Below, piece by piece: positions 30,299-39,792 of a DNA stretch of 64,000 nt. The translations under genes and the position numbers were made by a program. The stretch is from a phage. Positions within the stretch are counted from its first letter, which is position 1. Every line of letters begins with the position of its first letter. The notes beneath the pieces are model-generated. The model worked only from the letters and a program-made list of their open reading frames with translations, searched no databases and had not been told where the DNA came from. The stretch lies in sequence record PZ347775.1. The stretch is one strand, 5' to 3'.

Positions 30299-30880
30299 CT
30301 AACCAAGCTTTTTAGTTAATTCATTCCAATGTTTTCTACACAAAGAAACATAAATTTCATCACCAATACAGATTTGATTACCTTCTTTAACTGGTGTTCC
30401 ATCTTCCATTAATCGAGCTGTCATAATCGCTTTTTTACCACAATGACAAACTGCTTTTAGTTCAATAAGTTTATCTGCAATCGCCAAAAGTTCTTTAGAA
30501 CCTTCAAATAATTTTCCAGCGAAATCAGTCCTTAGACCATAAGCCATAACAGGAACATTATATGTATCGACAATTCGGCTTAATTGATGTACCTGTTCAG
30601 TTTTTAAAAACTGGGCTTCATCTACAAATACGCAATGAATATCTTTTTGTGCTTCAGCCCATTTATAGAACTCAAAAATATCCATATCATCCGTAATAAT
30701 ATTCGCTTCCTGCTTAATTCCAATGCGAGAAACGACTTCACAGACAGAATCGCGAGTATCAATAGCAGGCTTAAGAACTAATACACTCATTCCACGTTCT
30801 TTATAATTATGTGCAGCAGTCAAAAGAGAAGCAGATTTTCCAGCATTCATTGCTGCATAAGTAAAAATTAAACTCGCCAT
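30299..30880 (-). CDS. tk: thymidine kinase
   Basis: 193 aa; P-loop AAMNAGKS, zinc-ribbon cysteines (CHCG...CRKH) typical of type II TK. Confidence 0.9.
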   Translation of the reverse strand: MASLIFTYAAMNAGKSASLLTAAHNYKERGMSVLVLKPAIDTRDSVCEVVSRIGIKQEANIITDDMDIFEFYKWAEAQKDIHCVFVDEAQFLKTEQVHQLSRIVDTYNVPVMAYGLRTDFAGKLFEGSKELLAIADKLIELKAVCHCGKKAIMTARLMEDGTPVKEGNQICIGDEIYVSLCRKHWNELTKKLG

Positions 30881-30881
30881 C

Positions 30882-31070
30882 TTAGTCCTTAGTTAAATTT
30901 TCTAAATATGTTTCTAAATCATTTTCAGCTTTATCGATAGATTTTACTAATTCGTAGTATGTTTCAGCATCTCCATAATCCGAAGCCAATTCAAAAGATA
31001 AATCTCGTTCTAAACTAATAATTTCGCTGATTAAAAATCGTATTTCATTCTTTTGTTCGCGAGTAATCAT
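30882..31070 (-). CDS. hypothetical small protein (tk.1 position)
   Basis: 62 aa ORF. Confidence 0.4.
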   Translation of the reverse strand: MITREQKNEIRFLISEIISLERDLSFELASDYGDAETYYELVKSIDKAENDLETYLENLTKD

Positions 31071-31273
31071 AAGGAATTTATATAATCAATAAGTTCTTGT
31101 TCTTTATCGTCGAAATCTTTACACAGTTCTTCGTATTCGTCGGTATTAAAAGGACCGCATTCATCGCAAACTTTTTCCAATTCACTATTTTTATCAATAA
31201 CTTCGTGAATAAGAGAAAACAGTCTGTCTTTTTGTTCTTTACTTAAACTCATAACCATGTAACCTTTAAGCAA
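31067..31273 (-). CDS. hypothetical small protein (tk.2 position)
   Basis: 68 aa ORF. Confidence 0.4.
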   Translation of the reverse strand: MLKGYMVMSLSKEQKDRLFSLIHEVIDKNSELEKVCDECGPFNTDEYEELCKDFDDKEQELIDYINSL

Positions 31274-31461
31274 TATTCTTCTACATGTTGTTTACGACCT
31301 TTCTTATCAATAAAGGTATATTCAACGAATGTTCCGATGTAGTCTTTATCTACATCATGTAGACTATTAATTGGGCATTTAGTACGGCAAATGCGTTCCC
31401 ATTGACGAATAATTTCCACTTTATTTTTAGGGTCAAACGGATGTGGGTAATGTGCTTTCAT
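31249..31461 (-). CDS. hypothetical small protein (tk.3 position)
   Basis: 70 aa ORF. Confidence 0.4.
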   Translation of the reverse strand: MKAHYPHPFDPKNKVEIIRQWERICRTKCPINSLHDVDKDYIGTFVEYTFIDKKGRKQHVEEYCLKVTWL

Positions 31462-31912
31462 AATCCACCACTATTAAATCAATATCAGGAGTAAACATGT
31501 CGATTAATTTAGAAACCTTATCCCAATCACCGCCAGCAATACCACAACCTATGCGTGGAATGTAAATTACTGGTTTAAACAAAAGGGTTTCTGCCTGTAG
31601 ATTTAATTCTATCATGCAATTTACTAAAGCACCATAATCAAGATTAGGACCCGGTTCGTATTGCGTATACAGGTTATAGCATATACCAAATCCCGTAGGA
31701 CTATGCTTAAAAACAATAGACATATCGCCTAATTTATCACGAGAACCGTATTCGGTAGTGGTTTTATCTATTTCTAAAATTTTGGGATAGGCTCTTGCTA
31801 ATTGACCCGCTACGCCAGAGCCCATTGTGTGGAAGCAATTGCATCCGTGCGCAATAATATTACCTTGAAGAAATAGGGCGACAATATCGCCCTTGATATA
31901 TTTTACAATCAT
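31433..31912 (-). CDS. macro-domain-like protein (putative ADP-ribose binding/hydrolysing)
   Basis: HGCNCFHTMGSGVAGQLARAYP and PRIGCGIAGGDW resemble the two glycine-rich ADP-ribose-binding loops of macro domains. Confidence 0.55.
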   Translation of the reverse strand: MIVKYIKGDIVALFLQGNIIAHGCNCFHTMGSGVAGQLARAYPKILEIDKTTTEYGSRDKLGDMSIVFKHSPTGFGICYNLYTQYEPGPNLDYGALVNCMIELNLQAETLLFKPVIYIPRIGCGIAGGDWDKVSKLIDMFTPDIDLIVVDYESTLPTSV

Positions 31913-32250
31913 CTAGTACTCAATCCTCGATTATAAGAATCTACCAAACGGTCAACCATTGAATGACAAGCGGCTTTATCTTTCTCCTCCGCAACTGAAC
32001 ATTCTAAGGTATTCCACTTTTTAGCATATCGTTTTAATAAAGTATCATTTTTGTATCTGCTTGATTTATCTCTTTCTCCGTCTTTATATGCATATATTAA
32101 TTTCTGCGCAAATTCAGCTTGGCATGCTTTATTTTTCCCACAATAATCCGCGGCAGTACGGTTTACATACTCTCTAATTTCAGTGTATGATGTATTTGCT
32201 AACGCAGAAAATGAAATTAATCCTACACATAAAACCAAAATTTTAGTCAT
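31909..32250 (-). CDS. small secreted protein with signal peptide (vs position)
   Basis: 113 aa, N-terminal MTKILVLCVGLISFSALA signal-like sequence. Confidence 0.45.
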   Translation of the reverse strand: MTKILVLCVGLISFSALANTSYTEIREYVNRTAADYCGKNKACQAEFAQKLIYAYKDGERDKSSRYKNDTLLKRYAKKWNTLECSVAEEKDKAACHSMVDRLVDSYNRGLSTR

Positions 32251-32788
32251 TTACTATTTCCAACAGTTTATTATTTTTAAGGTAGTTAGCCTTTTCTAGG
32301 ACTTCAGAAGCATATTTAGAACCTGCTTTAACATTCCATCCCGAATTATAAGAGGATATTGCTTTTCTTATATCGCCCTTATGTATATTTAACCAATAAG
32401 AAAGTTCAATGTACGCCCAGGAAGCTGAATTGGACCGTTTATTCAACATTCTTTTTATTTCGGCATCGGTCATATTATAACCAAGTTCCTTAACTCTTGC
32501 ACGCATGGTTGGCAAATAATTTTGGAACATTCCGTAGGCATGATGTTTTGGTTTAGATTTTAAATTAACTCCGGCAGAGCTTTCTTGCCATAAAATGGCA
32601 GCCATTATATGACCTAATCCGCTCTTGTGGATATTTTTGTGTGTTTTATATTTTCCATCCTTAGAAAATTGTTCCCCGAATTGATACGCGTAACGCATGT
32701 TATCGAGTTGGACATTACTGAAAGTATGCTCGGAGCTATGTGCCATCATAGAAATGGCCAATAGACCAGCGAGTAGTGCTTTTCTCAT
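32243..32788 (-). CDS. secreted lytic-transglycosylase-like protein (vs.1 position)
   Basis: 181 aa, signal peptide MRKALLAGLLAISMMAHS, then ILWQESS...YGMFQ resembling the SLT catalytic Glu-Ser motif. Confidence 0.55.
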   Translation of the reverse strand: MRKALLAGLLAISMMAHSSEHTFSNVQLDNMRYAYQFGEQFSKDGKYKTHKNIHKSGLGHIMAAILWQESSAGVNLKSKPKHHAYGMFQNYLPTMRARVKELGYNMTDAEIKRMLNKRSNSASWAYIELSYWLNIHKGDIRKAISSYNSGWNVKAGSKYASEVLEKANYLKNNKLLEIVND

Positions 32789-32795
32789 GCTTACC

Positions 32796-33257
32796 TCATT
32801 GAGTTTTAATTACTGCTTTAGAAGCCTTTCCTGGTAAACGACGACTGTTGATAATTGCCATCCTGCATTGAAGCGACGGGTCTTTGAACTTCGCATTAGG
32901 TTTACAAACTGTAAATCCAAGCCAAAGATTTCCATCTGTGATTTCTAAACGCCCAGGACGATATTCAACACCATCAATAAAATCTTCGTCAATATCAGGG
33001 CGTGGAGGCATACTCAGGAATTCATTAACTTCTAAAACATGGTCTTTTATTTTATGGAATAATTCAAAAACATATGTCTCATCAATCTCCCGTTGAATTG
33101 CACGATCAAGAAGATGTTGAGAATATTTTAGATGAAACGATGAGACCCCTGCTGCTTTTGATGCCTCACGAATCTCATTGTTAATTTGACGAAACTCCGA
33201 CTCAAAGTGACGACGGAGCTTATTTCGACGGATAAAAACTTCTGTGTTGATAGTCAT
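32796..33257 (-). CDS. regB: endoribonuclease RegB
   Basis: 153 aa, MTINTEVFIRRNKLRRHFESEFRQINNE... matches T4 RegB. Confidence 0.85.
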   Translation of the reverse strand: MTINTEVFIRRNKLRRHFESEFRQINNEIREASKAAGVSSFHLKYSQHLLDRAIQREIDETYVFELFHKIKDHVLEVNEFLSMPPRPDIDEDFIDGVEYRPGRLEITDGNLWLGFTVCKPNAKFKDPSLQCRMAIINSRRLPGKASKAVIKTQ

Positions 33258-33316
33258 GTTATTCTCCTCTTAACTGATAGAAAAATTATACCACAGTCAA
33301 GAGGAAAAGTAAACAG

Positions 33317-33637
33317 TTATTCTTTAAATCTAATCAATTTATTCATAGACTTTGAAACTTCTGCACGAACCTCATGTAGGTTTTTAAGCTGTTCAAGACG
33401 TTGCTCATAGTAAGCAATTTCATCTTCTTCGAGACAGTCCTGTGAATCTTCTTTAAGATAACGTGCATAATCCTGGAAAGCTTTACGGACTACTTCCTGG
33501 AAGTCATCAAGACTTTGAATTTTCTTAGGAGCAACAGATACACGACGAGGGGCAGTATAATACTCATAACCAAACCCTGCGCTTAATTGAGCCATTAATA
33601 TTTTTCCTCTGGTTGAAACACAGCACGACAAGCCCAC
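33317..33637 (-). CDS. hypothetical protein (vs.3 position)
   Basis: 106 aa ORF. Confidence 0.45.
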   Translation of the reverse strand: MGLSCCVSTRGKILMAQLSAGFGYEYYTAPRRVSVAPKKIQSLDDFQEVVRKAFQDYARYLKEDSQDCLEEDEIAYYEQRLEQLKNLHEVRAEVSKSMNKLIRFKE

Positions 33638-33861
33638 ATACTAGCTTCTTTGAGTTTCGTTTTAGCAATAGTTAACTGATCGATGCTTTCAGCATAATTC
33701 TTCGCGAATTCATAGTCTTCACAATTATTTAGCACTTCCCAGAATTCGTCGTATAAAGCATCAAAGATAAGTCCTAAACGAACTTCAGCGTCTTTGATTG
33801 CATTCACTTTACCGATTTTCTCTTCAGTATGGGGCTTATAACCTTTAATGTCTTCAATCAT
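33595..33861 (-). CDS. vs.4: probable Acb2, anti-CBASS cyclic-oligonucleotide sponge (vs.4 position)
   Basis: 88 aa ORF at the vs.4 position downstream of regB; from memory T4 vs.4 encodes Acb2; sequence recall is approximate. Confidence 0.6.
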   Translation of the reverse strand: MIEDIKGYKPHTEEKIGKVNAIKDAEVRLGLIFDALYDEFWEVLNNCEDYEFAKNYAESIDQLTIAKTKLKEASMWACRAVFQPEEKY

Positions 33862-34075
33862 ATTCTACTTCCTCACCAGTACATAAATCATATTCAACTA
33901 AACGAATAGGTTCATGAATGCCATATCCTTGAACAGAAATTTCTGTCGTAGGATAAATTCCACTAATATCACCCATATTCCACGCTTCATTAAATTGCTG
34001 TTCGCCTGAATTACTAAACCACTCGGCGAAAGCATTTAGCACATCTTTAGAACCTTCAATAATTATCTTTGCCAT
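33854..34075 (-). CDS. hypothetical small protein (vs.5 position)
   Basis: 73 aa ORF. Confidence 0.4.
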   Translation of the reverse strand: MAKIIIEGSKDVLNAFAEWFSNSGEQQFNEAWNMGDISGIYPTTEISVQGYGIHEPIRLVEYDLCTGEEVEYD

Positions 34076-34449
34076 TACAGACTCTCGGTAAAGGTACGAG
34101 CAATAACGTCGCGCTGCTGTTCCGGAGTCAGAGAGTTAAAGCGAACTGCATATCCGGATACACGGATGGTCAGCTGCGGATATTTTTCCGGATGCTTAAC
34201 TGCATCTTCCAGAGTTTCGCGACGCAGAACGTTAACGTTCAGGTGTTGACCACCTTCAATTTTAACTGTAGGTTGTGGTTCAATTTCAATTTCACGGGCA
34301 TGCAAACCGTAGAAAATTTCCGGGTCTACAAAAGAGTCCTCTTTAAAAGTTTTAGAGACAATAATTCTTGCTTGAATACCGTCTTCAAAATAAATAGTAC
34401 CTTTATGCGTGCCTTCAAGAATTTGATATGCTTTCATATAACCTCTCAA
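34075..34449 (-). CDS. autonomous glycyl-radical cofactor, GrcA/YfiD-like (T4 Y06I-type)
   Basis: C-terminal [61 protein letters not shown] is essentially the E. coli GrcA glycyl-radical domain (RVSGYAV loop). Confidence 0.85.
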   Translation of the reverse strand: MRGYMKAYQILEGTHKGTIYFEDGIQARIIVSKTFKEDSFVDPEIFYGLHAREIEIEPQPTVKIEGGQHLNVNVLRRETLEDAVKHPEKYPQLTIRVSGYAVRFNSLTPEQQRDVIARTFTESL

Positions 34450-34826
34450 TTAGAAAATAAATTTATCCAAGATTGCTCTTTAATTAAAAATGGCTCAGAA
34501 TCATATGCCATTAAACTTTGGGTGATTAGTCCTTTAAAAGGCCCATCAATAAATTCCATGGTAAAATATGGAATTTTATTCATTAATCTTGCATTAGGAG
34601 CAGTGCACAAAACTCTGCATCCTTTGAATACGCCTTTTTGTAATTTGTATTGCTTAGGGTAAAATTCGCTCAAGACGTTGTTATTTGCCAAAATTTCAAA
34701 ATGATTCACCAATTTATTTTTAATAGTTTTTGGCGAAAAATAAAGATATTCGAAAAGTTGCGTGTCTGTCATCATTGCATTCCGATTACGAAAAACTGTG
34801 GACGAGTAATACCACCAATGCAACAT
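34446..34826 (-). CDS. hypothetical protein
   Basis: 126 aa ORF, start overlaps neighbour. Confidence 0.4.
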   Translation of the reverse strand: MLHWWYYSSTVFRNRNAMMTDTQLFEYLYFSPKTIKNKLVNHFEILANNNVLSEFYPKQYKLQKGVFKGCRVLCTAPNARLMNKIPYFTMEFIDGPFKGLITQSLMAYDSEPFLIKEQSWINLFSN

Positions 34827-35359
34827 TTACTATTGCAGCAGTAATGTACAGTGTCAATATGGACACTATAAATTTTATCCATATCGGGAGCTTTAACAGG
34901 CTCATCGATTATATACAAAATCCGCGAAAGCGATAAACCTCTGAACTTGCTTCCTTTATTACCGATAAAACTACGGACAGAATCGGTAAATAAGCGGAAT
35001 CGAATATCATCGCCAGAATAACGAGAAAATTCTTTTTTAATGTGGCCTGCAGAAATTTTAGCGTAAGCTGAAGTATTAGAAAGAACAATAACTGTTCCAC
35101 CATCATACAGCCAATTAGCAGCAAAGTTAGTCACAGCAGTTGATTTACCGGATTGTCTGCCACCATCTAATCGAAGTGTGCAATACTGCTTGAGTAAGTC
35201 TTCAAATGGTGGGATATAATCGTTTTTACAAATTTCTTCTACTCTAGCATCAGAATGGTGTGTAAAAGCATTCATCAGGGATAGATAAGGACCAGTTAAA
35301 AATGTTCTCATTTTATTCTCTCTAAATTTGGGCCATTCCATGGCGCATGAATTGTCCAT
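34772..35359 (-). CDS. hypothetical protein with P-loop-like motifs
   Basis: GGRQSGKST (Walker A-like) and ILYIIDEP (Walker B-like); true start uncertain. Confidence 0.45.
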   Translation of the reverse strand: MDNSCAMEWPKFRENKMRTFLTGPYLSLMNAFTHHSDARVEEICKNDYIPPFEDLLKQYCTLRLDGGRQSGKSTAVTNFAANWLYDGGTVIVLSNTSAYAKISAGHIKKEFSRYSGDDIRFRLFTDSVRSFIGNKGSKFRGLSLSRILYIIDEPVKAPDMDKIYSVHIDTVHYCCNSKCCIGGITRPQFFVIGMQ

Positions 35360-35464
35360 TTCTGTATTTACCCATTACCGCACTTGGGCTCGACCTTATT
35401 ACAGGTTGGCGGGAATCCCTCATAGAACCATGAGGTCCAGCTTGTTCCCATATTTCTTATTTGC

Positions 35465-35938
35465 TTATTTGAATGATTTGACGTACTGAATAGAGCCTTT
35501 GCTATTCACGAAAGCGATTTTACCATTTTTATTATACATGGTAGCAGTACGCTGATAGCCATAAGTTTGCTTACCAGATTGATAACCAACTAATGCAAAA
35601 TTATCTTCACCCATTTTATTCTGTTTAGCACGAATGCGTTCATGCCCATGCGCCATAAGAACCTTAGCATCACCAGTTGCAATGGATCTACGAGTTTTTT
35701 CATCTTCAACTGTATTAACAAAGTCGTCAAATGAATCAAATTTAGCATGGGATTTATTATACAGTTTTCCATCTACTGCATAATTGTATCCTTGTACATC
35801 CATCTCAACTTCTGTACCATCATCTAATACAGCAGTGATTTTTTGACCTTTTTTAAATTTCAAAAGATCAGTAAAAGATTCAGCAATAATTTGAGAATTA
35901 ATAGCTGCTTCAGTAATAAATTCTTGATATGTTTTCAT
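35465..35938 (-). CDS. internal-protein-like capsid-targeted protein (N-terminal CTS MKTYQEFITEA)
   Basis: 157 aa beginning with the conserved capsid targeting sequence of T4 internal proteins. Confidence 0.65.
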   Translation of the reverse strand: MKTYQEFITEAAINSQIIAESFTDLLKFKKGQKITAVLDDGTEVEMDVQGYNYAVDGKLYNKSHAKFDSFDDFVNTVEDEKTRRSIATGDAKVLMAHGHERIRAKQNKMGEDNFALVGYQSGKQTYGYQRTATMYNKNGKIAFVNSKGSIQYVKSFK

Positions 35939-35954
35939 GTGTATCCTTTAATTT

Positions 35955-36272
35955 TTATTCTTTAGGGAAGTTTTTAGAATATGCATCATAAAGCTTATTT
36001 CCAATACGGCGGAAAACTCTAGCCGCAAAACGATTTTCTGGGTTTTTAATCATGATTTGCATCATATAAGTACCCGCGTCAGAAAGAGCTTCTTCATAGT
36101 ACCCGTTAATTTCTTTAAGAGTCCTACGTTTACCACCAGGACCATCAACAGTGATTTTCCATTTACCTGTAGAAGTGCGACTTGGCGGCTCAACTTGTTC
36201 AATCCAGATATAACCGCCTTCTACACGTTGTCCTTGGGCAGATTCTGCAATAAATTCTTTAAACGTTTTCAT
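35955..36272 (-). CDS. internal-protein-like capsid-targeted protein (CTS MKTFKEFIAES)
   Basis: 105 aa with CTS-like N-terminus, adjacent to e as are T4 ipII/ipIII. Confidence 0.65.
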   Translation of the reverse strand: MKTFKEFIAESAQGQRVEGGYIWIEQVEPPSRTSTGKWKITVDGPGGKRRTLKEINGYYEEALSDAGTYMMQIMIKNPENRFAARVFRRIGNKLYDAYSKNFPKE

Positions 36273-36343
36273 ATGGTTCCTTTAAATATTTTAATTAGTA
36301 ACTATGAATATACTATCACAGTTCTAGGAGAAAGTAAACAACT

Positions 36344-36874
<531 letters not shown>

Positions 36875-37330
36875 TTAAAAGAGGCTGTTCATTATTCGGT
36901 AAAGTGAAGGACCCATCACATATTGCCACTGAGTACGAGGAATAAGAGCAAAAGCATCCATCTCTGGAATCATAACACCATCTTTATTTTCAAAATAAGA
37001 CTCGCAATGGCAATTTCTAAACATCTCATGCTCTACTGGAATCGTATAATAAAATAACTGTAAGTCTTTATTACTAGAATATTTAAATACACCTAGGTCT
37101 TCTAGAAGGTCTGGATTATAATTATTAAAACCAGTCTCTTCTAAGCATTCTCTTCGTGCTGCATCTAGTGCGTTTAAATCAGAATTTTCTACGCGGCCCT
37201 TTGGAATATCCCAGCGATGTGCCATCATTCCAGGCTTACGAGAACCAGTAACTCGTCCCATAAATAAATCTTTATCTTCTGTCATAAAGATAATACCAGC
37301 TGATAATGTTTTCATTTTAATTTCCTGCAT
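36875..37330 (-). CDS. nudE: Nudix hydrolase
   Basis: 151 aa with Nudix box GRV...AARRECLEETGF. Confidence 0.8.
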   Translation of the reverse strand: MQEIKMKTLSAGIIFMTEDKDLFMGRVTGSRKPGMMAHRWDIPKGRVENSDLNALDAARRECLEETGFNNYNPDLLEDLGVFKYSSNKDLQLFYYTIPVEHEMFRNCHCESYFENKDGVMIPEMDAFALIPRTQWQYVMGPSLYRIMNSLF

Positions 37331-37800
37331 TCAGTGATAAAGTTATTTAAATTTTGAGTATATTTCTTTTCATCAAAAATCTTTTGCTGCCTACGTAACC
37401 GCCATGGCATTTCAATGAACACGCACCATATTCCTGATAGTACTGCTGCTGTAAAAATATTAACAAGTATGATTAAAAGAATCCAATCTCCCGTTCTGCC
37501 TACTGGACTTTCTCCAAAGAAGCAAAATACAAATGATGTCACAGGAAAACTAATGATATACCACAGAATAACCTTCTTATCTGTGAACCAATCAGCGTTC
37601 GTTAATTTAGCGCGACCATTATGAATACACACGAATTTATCATCTGTTGCAGTAGATGGCTTAACTGGTTGATATCCCATTCTAAACTCCCTAATCAGCA
37701 AATTTTTCATATCTTCGGAACAGCCGCTCCAGTCAACTCTATCGACTGAAATGCCATCGTCCCCATCATCTAAATCATACCAGCGAGTTTTTAAAATCAT
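37312..37800 (-). CDS. membrane protein
   Basis: 162 aa with hydrophobic helices. Confidence 0.5.
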   Translation of the reverse strand: MILKTRWYDLDDGDDGISVDRVDWSGCSEDMKNLLIREFRMGYQPVKPSTATDDKFVCIHNGRAKLTNADWFTDKKVILWYIISFPVTSFVFCFFGESPVGRTGDWILLIILVNIFTAAVLSGIWCVFIEMPWRLRRQQKIFDEKKYTQNLNNFITECRKLK

Positions 37801-38159
37801 TTGATTTTCCTACAATCACTCACAAACTCTTTCATTGATTCATTTTCAATATAAGACATGTAGCTATTATATTCTTTTAATTGTATTTTGTAATCCTTTT
37901 TTCTTTGCCAATTTATTTTAAAATTATCATAATGAAAATATAGCATGGTACCAAAGAATGAAAATAATGAAATAATTTTAGTATAGTGAAGTTCACTCCA
38001 AACTTCTGTTATATTTACTGTGCCGTCGATGTTTAAAATAAGACAGTCAATTAACAATCCAAAAAGACTACCCGCAAGAGCTGCAGCCAACGCCACAGCA
38101 AAAATTAAAAATGACTCAGGAAGCGAATATTTGACTTTATTTAGTTTTGGCTTTTGCAT
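37797..38159 (-). CDS. membrane protein
   Basis: 120 aa, two hydrophobic helices. Confidence 0.5.
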   Translation of the reverse strand: MQKPKLNKVKYSLPESFLIFAVALAAALAGSLFGLLIDCLILNIDGTVNITEVWSELHYTKIISLFSFFGTMLYFHYDNFKINWQRKKDYKIQLKEYNSYMSYIENESMKEFVSDCRKIK

Positions 38160-38554
38160 CGTGATTCCTTAACAAATTTCATAATTTCATCAAATTCATA
38201 CGCAGCAAGTTTAAGCTGATGTTCCTTTTTAATCTTTTTACACTGTGCTTTCCAATCACGTACGCGTTTACGATAATGCCTTCCTTGATACCAGTATCCT
38301 ACCCAATTTACAGGTACTAATAAAAGTGGAACTATTAATGGAAGAATTAGCATTAACACAAGTATTTCGCCAGAATCAATATCAGTCATAACATCTAAAA
38401 CACCTCCAATAATCAATAGAATTACAAATGATATGAGTATAACAGGACCTATTAATACATCAGTAGGAATTAGCTGGCGCTTTAATTCATACTTCAACGG
38501 TTTACTTGGAAGGTATAGTGATGGTTTTGACATATTCTCTACATTCCTTAACAA
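38141..38554 (-). CDS. membrane protein
   Basis: 137 aa, two hydrophobic helices, basic C-terminus. Confidence 0.5.
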   Translation of the reverse strand: MLRNVENMSKPSLYLPSKPLKYELKRQLIPTDVLIGPVILISFVILLIIGGVLDVMTDIDSGEILVLMLILPLIVPLLLVPVNWVGYWYQGRHYRKRVRDWKAQCKKIKKEHQLKLAAYEFDEIMKFVKESRCKSQN

Positions 38555-39110
38555 ATTTTTCTAGTAATAAATCACTTTCAAAATTAGGATTTTCCACTAA
38601 TTTATCAAAAAGATCATCAACAATATTCAAGATATTTCTTTTACTAAGAATACGTTTATTTTCATGTTTCGTTTCAGAATCAACTATAAGAGTAAAGAAA
38701 TATTTCTTTCCCTGAAATTTTACTGTAGTATCAATATAGAATAAATTTGACTTTTGTAAGTTACGTTTAAACCATGCGTCACTTAAACTATAAACACCGA
38801 GATAATCAAAATCGTCGTTTAAATAACATACTGTCCATTCAGGAGAAATGAAATCAGTAAATTCAACATCAAAATCACACGTCAATGAATGAATTGATTC
38901 AATACTGTTAATAAGTATTCCAGGGCGTATTAAAGACTTTTTACCTCTAGAAAATCTTCCAGAAAGACTTTCATCAGTTTCATATGAAGACCCCCAATAG
39001 TAATTACGTCCTTCTGCCATACGTTTAAGAGCATTTAGTAATTGGTCTGGAACATCAACCTGTCTTTGGAACTCTTCAAACATTGAATTGAAATCACTTT
39101 GCATTTTCAT
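38502..39110 (-). CDS. hypothetical protein
   Basis: 202 aa ORF. Confidence 0.5.
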   Translation of the reverse strand: MKMQSDFNSMFEEFQRQVDVPDQLLNALKRMAEGRNYYWGSSYETDESLSGRFSRGKKSLIRPGILINSIESIHSLTCDFDVEFTDFISPEWTVCYLNDDFDYLGVYSLSDAWFKRNLQKSNLFYIDTTVKFQGKKYFFTLIVDSETKHENKRILSKRNILNIVDDLFDKLVENPNFESDLLLEKFVKECREYVKTITIPSK

Positions 39111-39128
39111 TCCTATTTACTCCAAGTA

Positions 39129-39148
39129 ATAGGGGCCGAAGCCCCTTA
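39129..39148 (-). terminator. UUCG-tetraloop hairpin after PspA-like gene
   Basis: aaggggccgaagcccctta. Confidence 0.5.
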
Positions 39149-39151
39149 TCA

Positions 39152-39745
39152 TTATTTCAGAGAATTAATGTATTCCTGAACATCGGCAGAGGTAGTTTCA
39201 ACCCCAGAAATATTACCATTAAAGGTTTCAACTCGAGCAAGGGTATCTTCAATATCAACCTTAGTCAGTGCTGCAATTTCAACTACATCATCAGCAGTAC
39301 TAATTCCAAGGGCATTTGCCGCACGAGTTTCACGGATATATTCCAATTTAACTGCAAGTTCTTGGCGAGCATCATCTAACTCAACTACTTTCTTGGCGAT
39401 TTCAATTCGCATTTCAGCATAACCGTCAGCTTTAGTAGTCAACTGTTCAGCTGTTCGACGATATAGTAAACCGAGTTTAGCATGCATTGTTACATCTTGA
39501 CCTTCGGAAAGAAGTTTTCGAATTTCACGCTCTTTTGATTCAGCCTGTCGATTCTTTTCGATAACAAGTTCACGAATACGTTTTTCTTCATTAATAGATT
39601 TAACAGAAGCAGTTTTTAGATCTTTAATTTTATCAAGCAGTTTTGCTGCTGCAGCAGTATACTGTTCTTCAACAGATAGATTTTTAGCCATAGCAGAACC
39701 AAGTTTAGTGCGAATAAACTCAACAATTTTCTTCAGTGTGTTCAT
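39152..39745 (-). CDS. coiled-coil protein, PspA/IM30-like
   Basis: 197 aa, almost entirely helical with charged heptad repeats; N-terminal pattern loosely resembles PspA. Confidence 0.4.
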   Translation of the reverse strand: MNTLKKIVEFIRTKLGSAMAKNLSVEEQYTAAAAKLLDKIKDLKTASVKSINEEKRIRELVIEKNRQAESKEREIRKLLSEGQDVTMHAKLGLLYRRTAEQLTTKADGYAEMRIEIAKKVVELDDARQELAVKLEYIRETRAANALGISTADDVVEIAALTKVDIEDTLARVETFNGNISGVETTSADVQEYINSLK

Positions 39746-39792
39746 AGTATTTCCTTAGGTTAATTGAGATTTAAAATCCGTGGGAGTATTAT

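Noticed and set aside
34069-34662. 197-aa plus-strand ORF 34069..34662
   Set aside because: Antisense to the GrcA-like gene and its neighbour, which have clear homology; translation is low complexity
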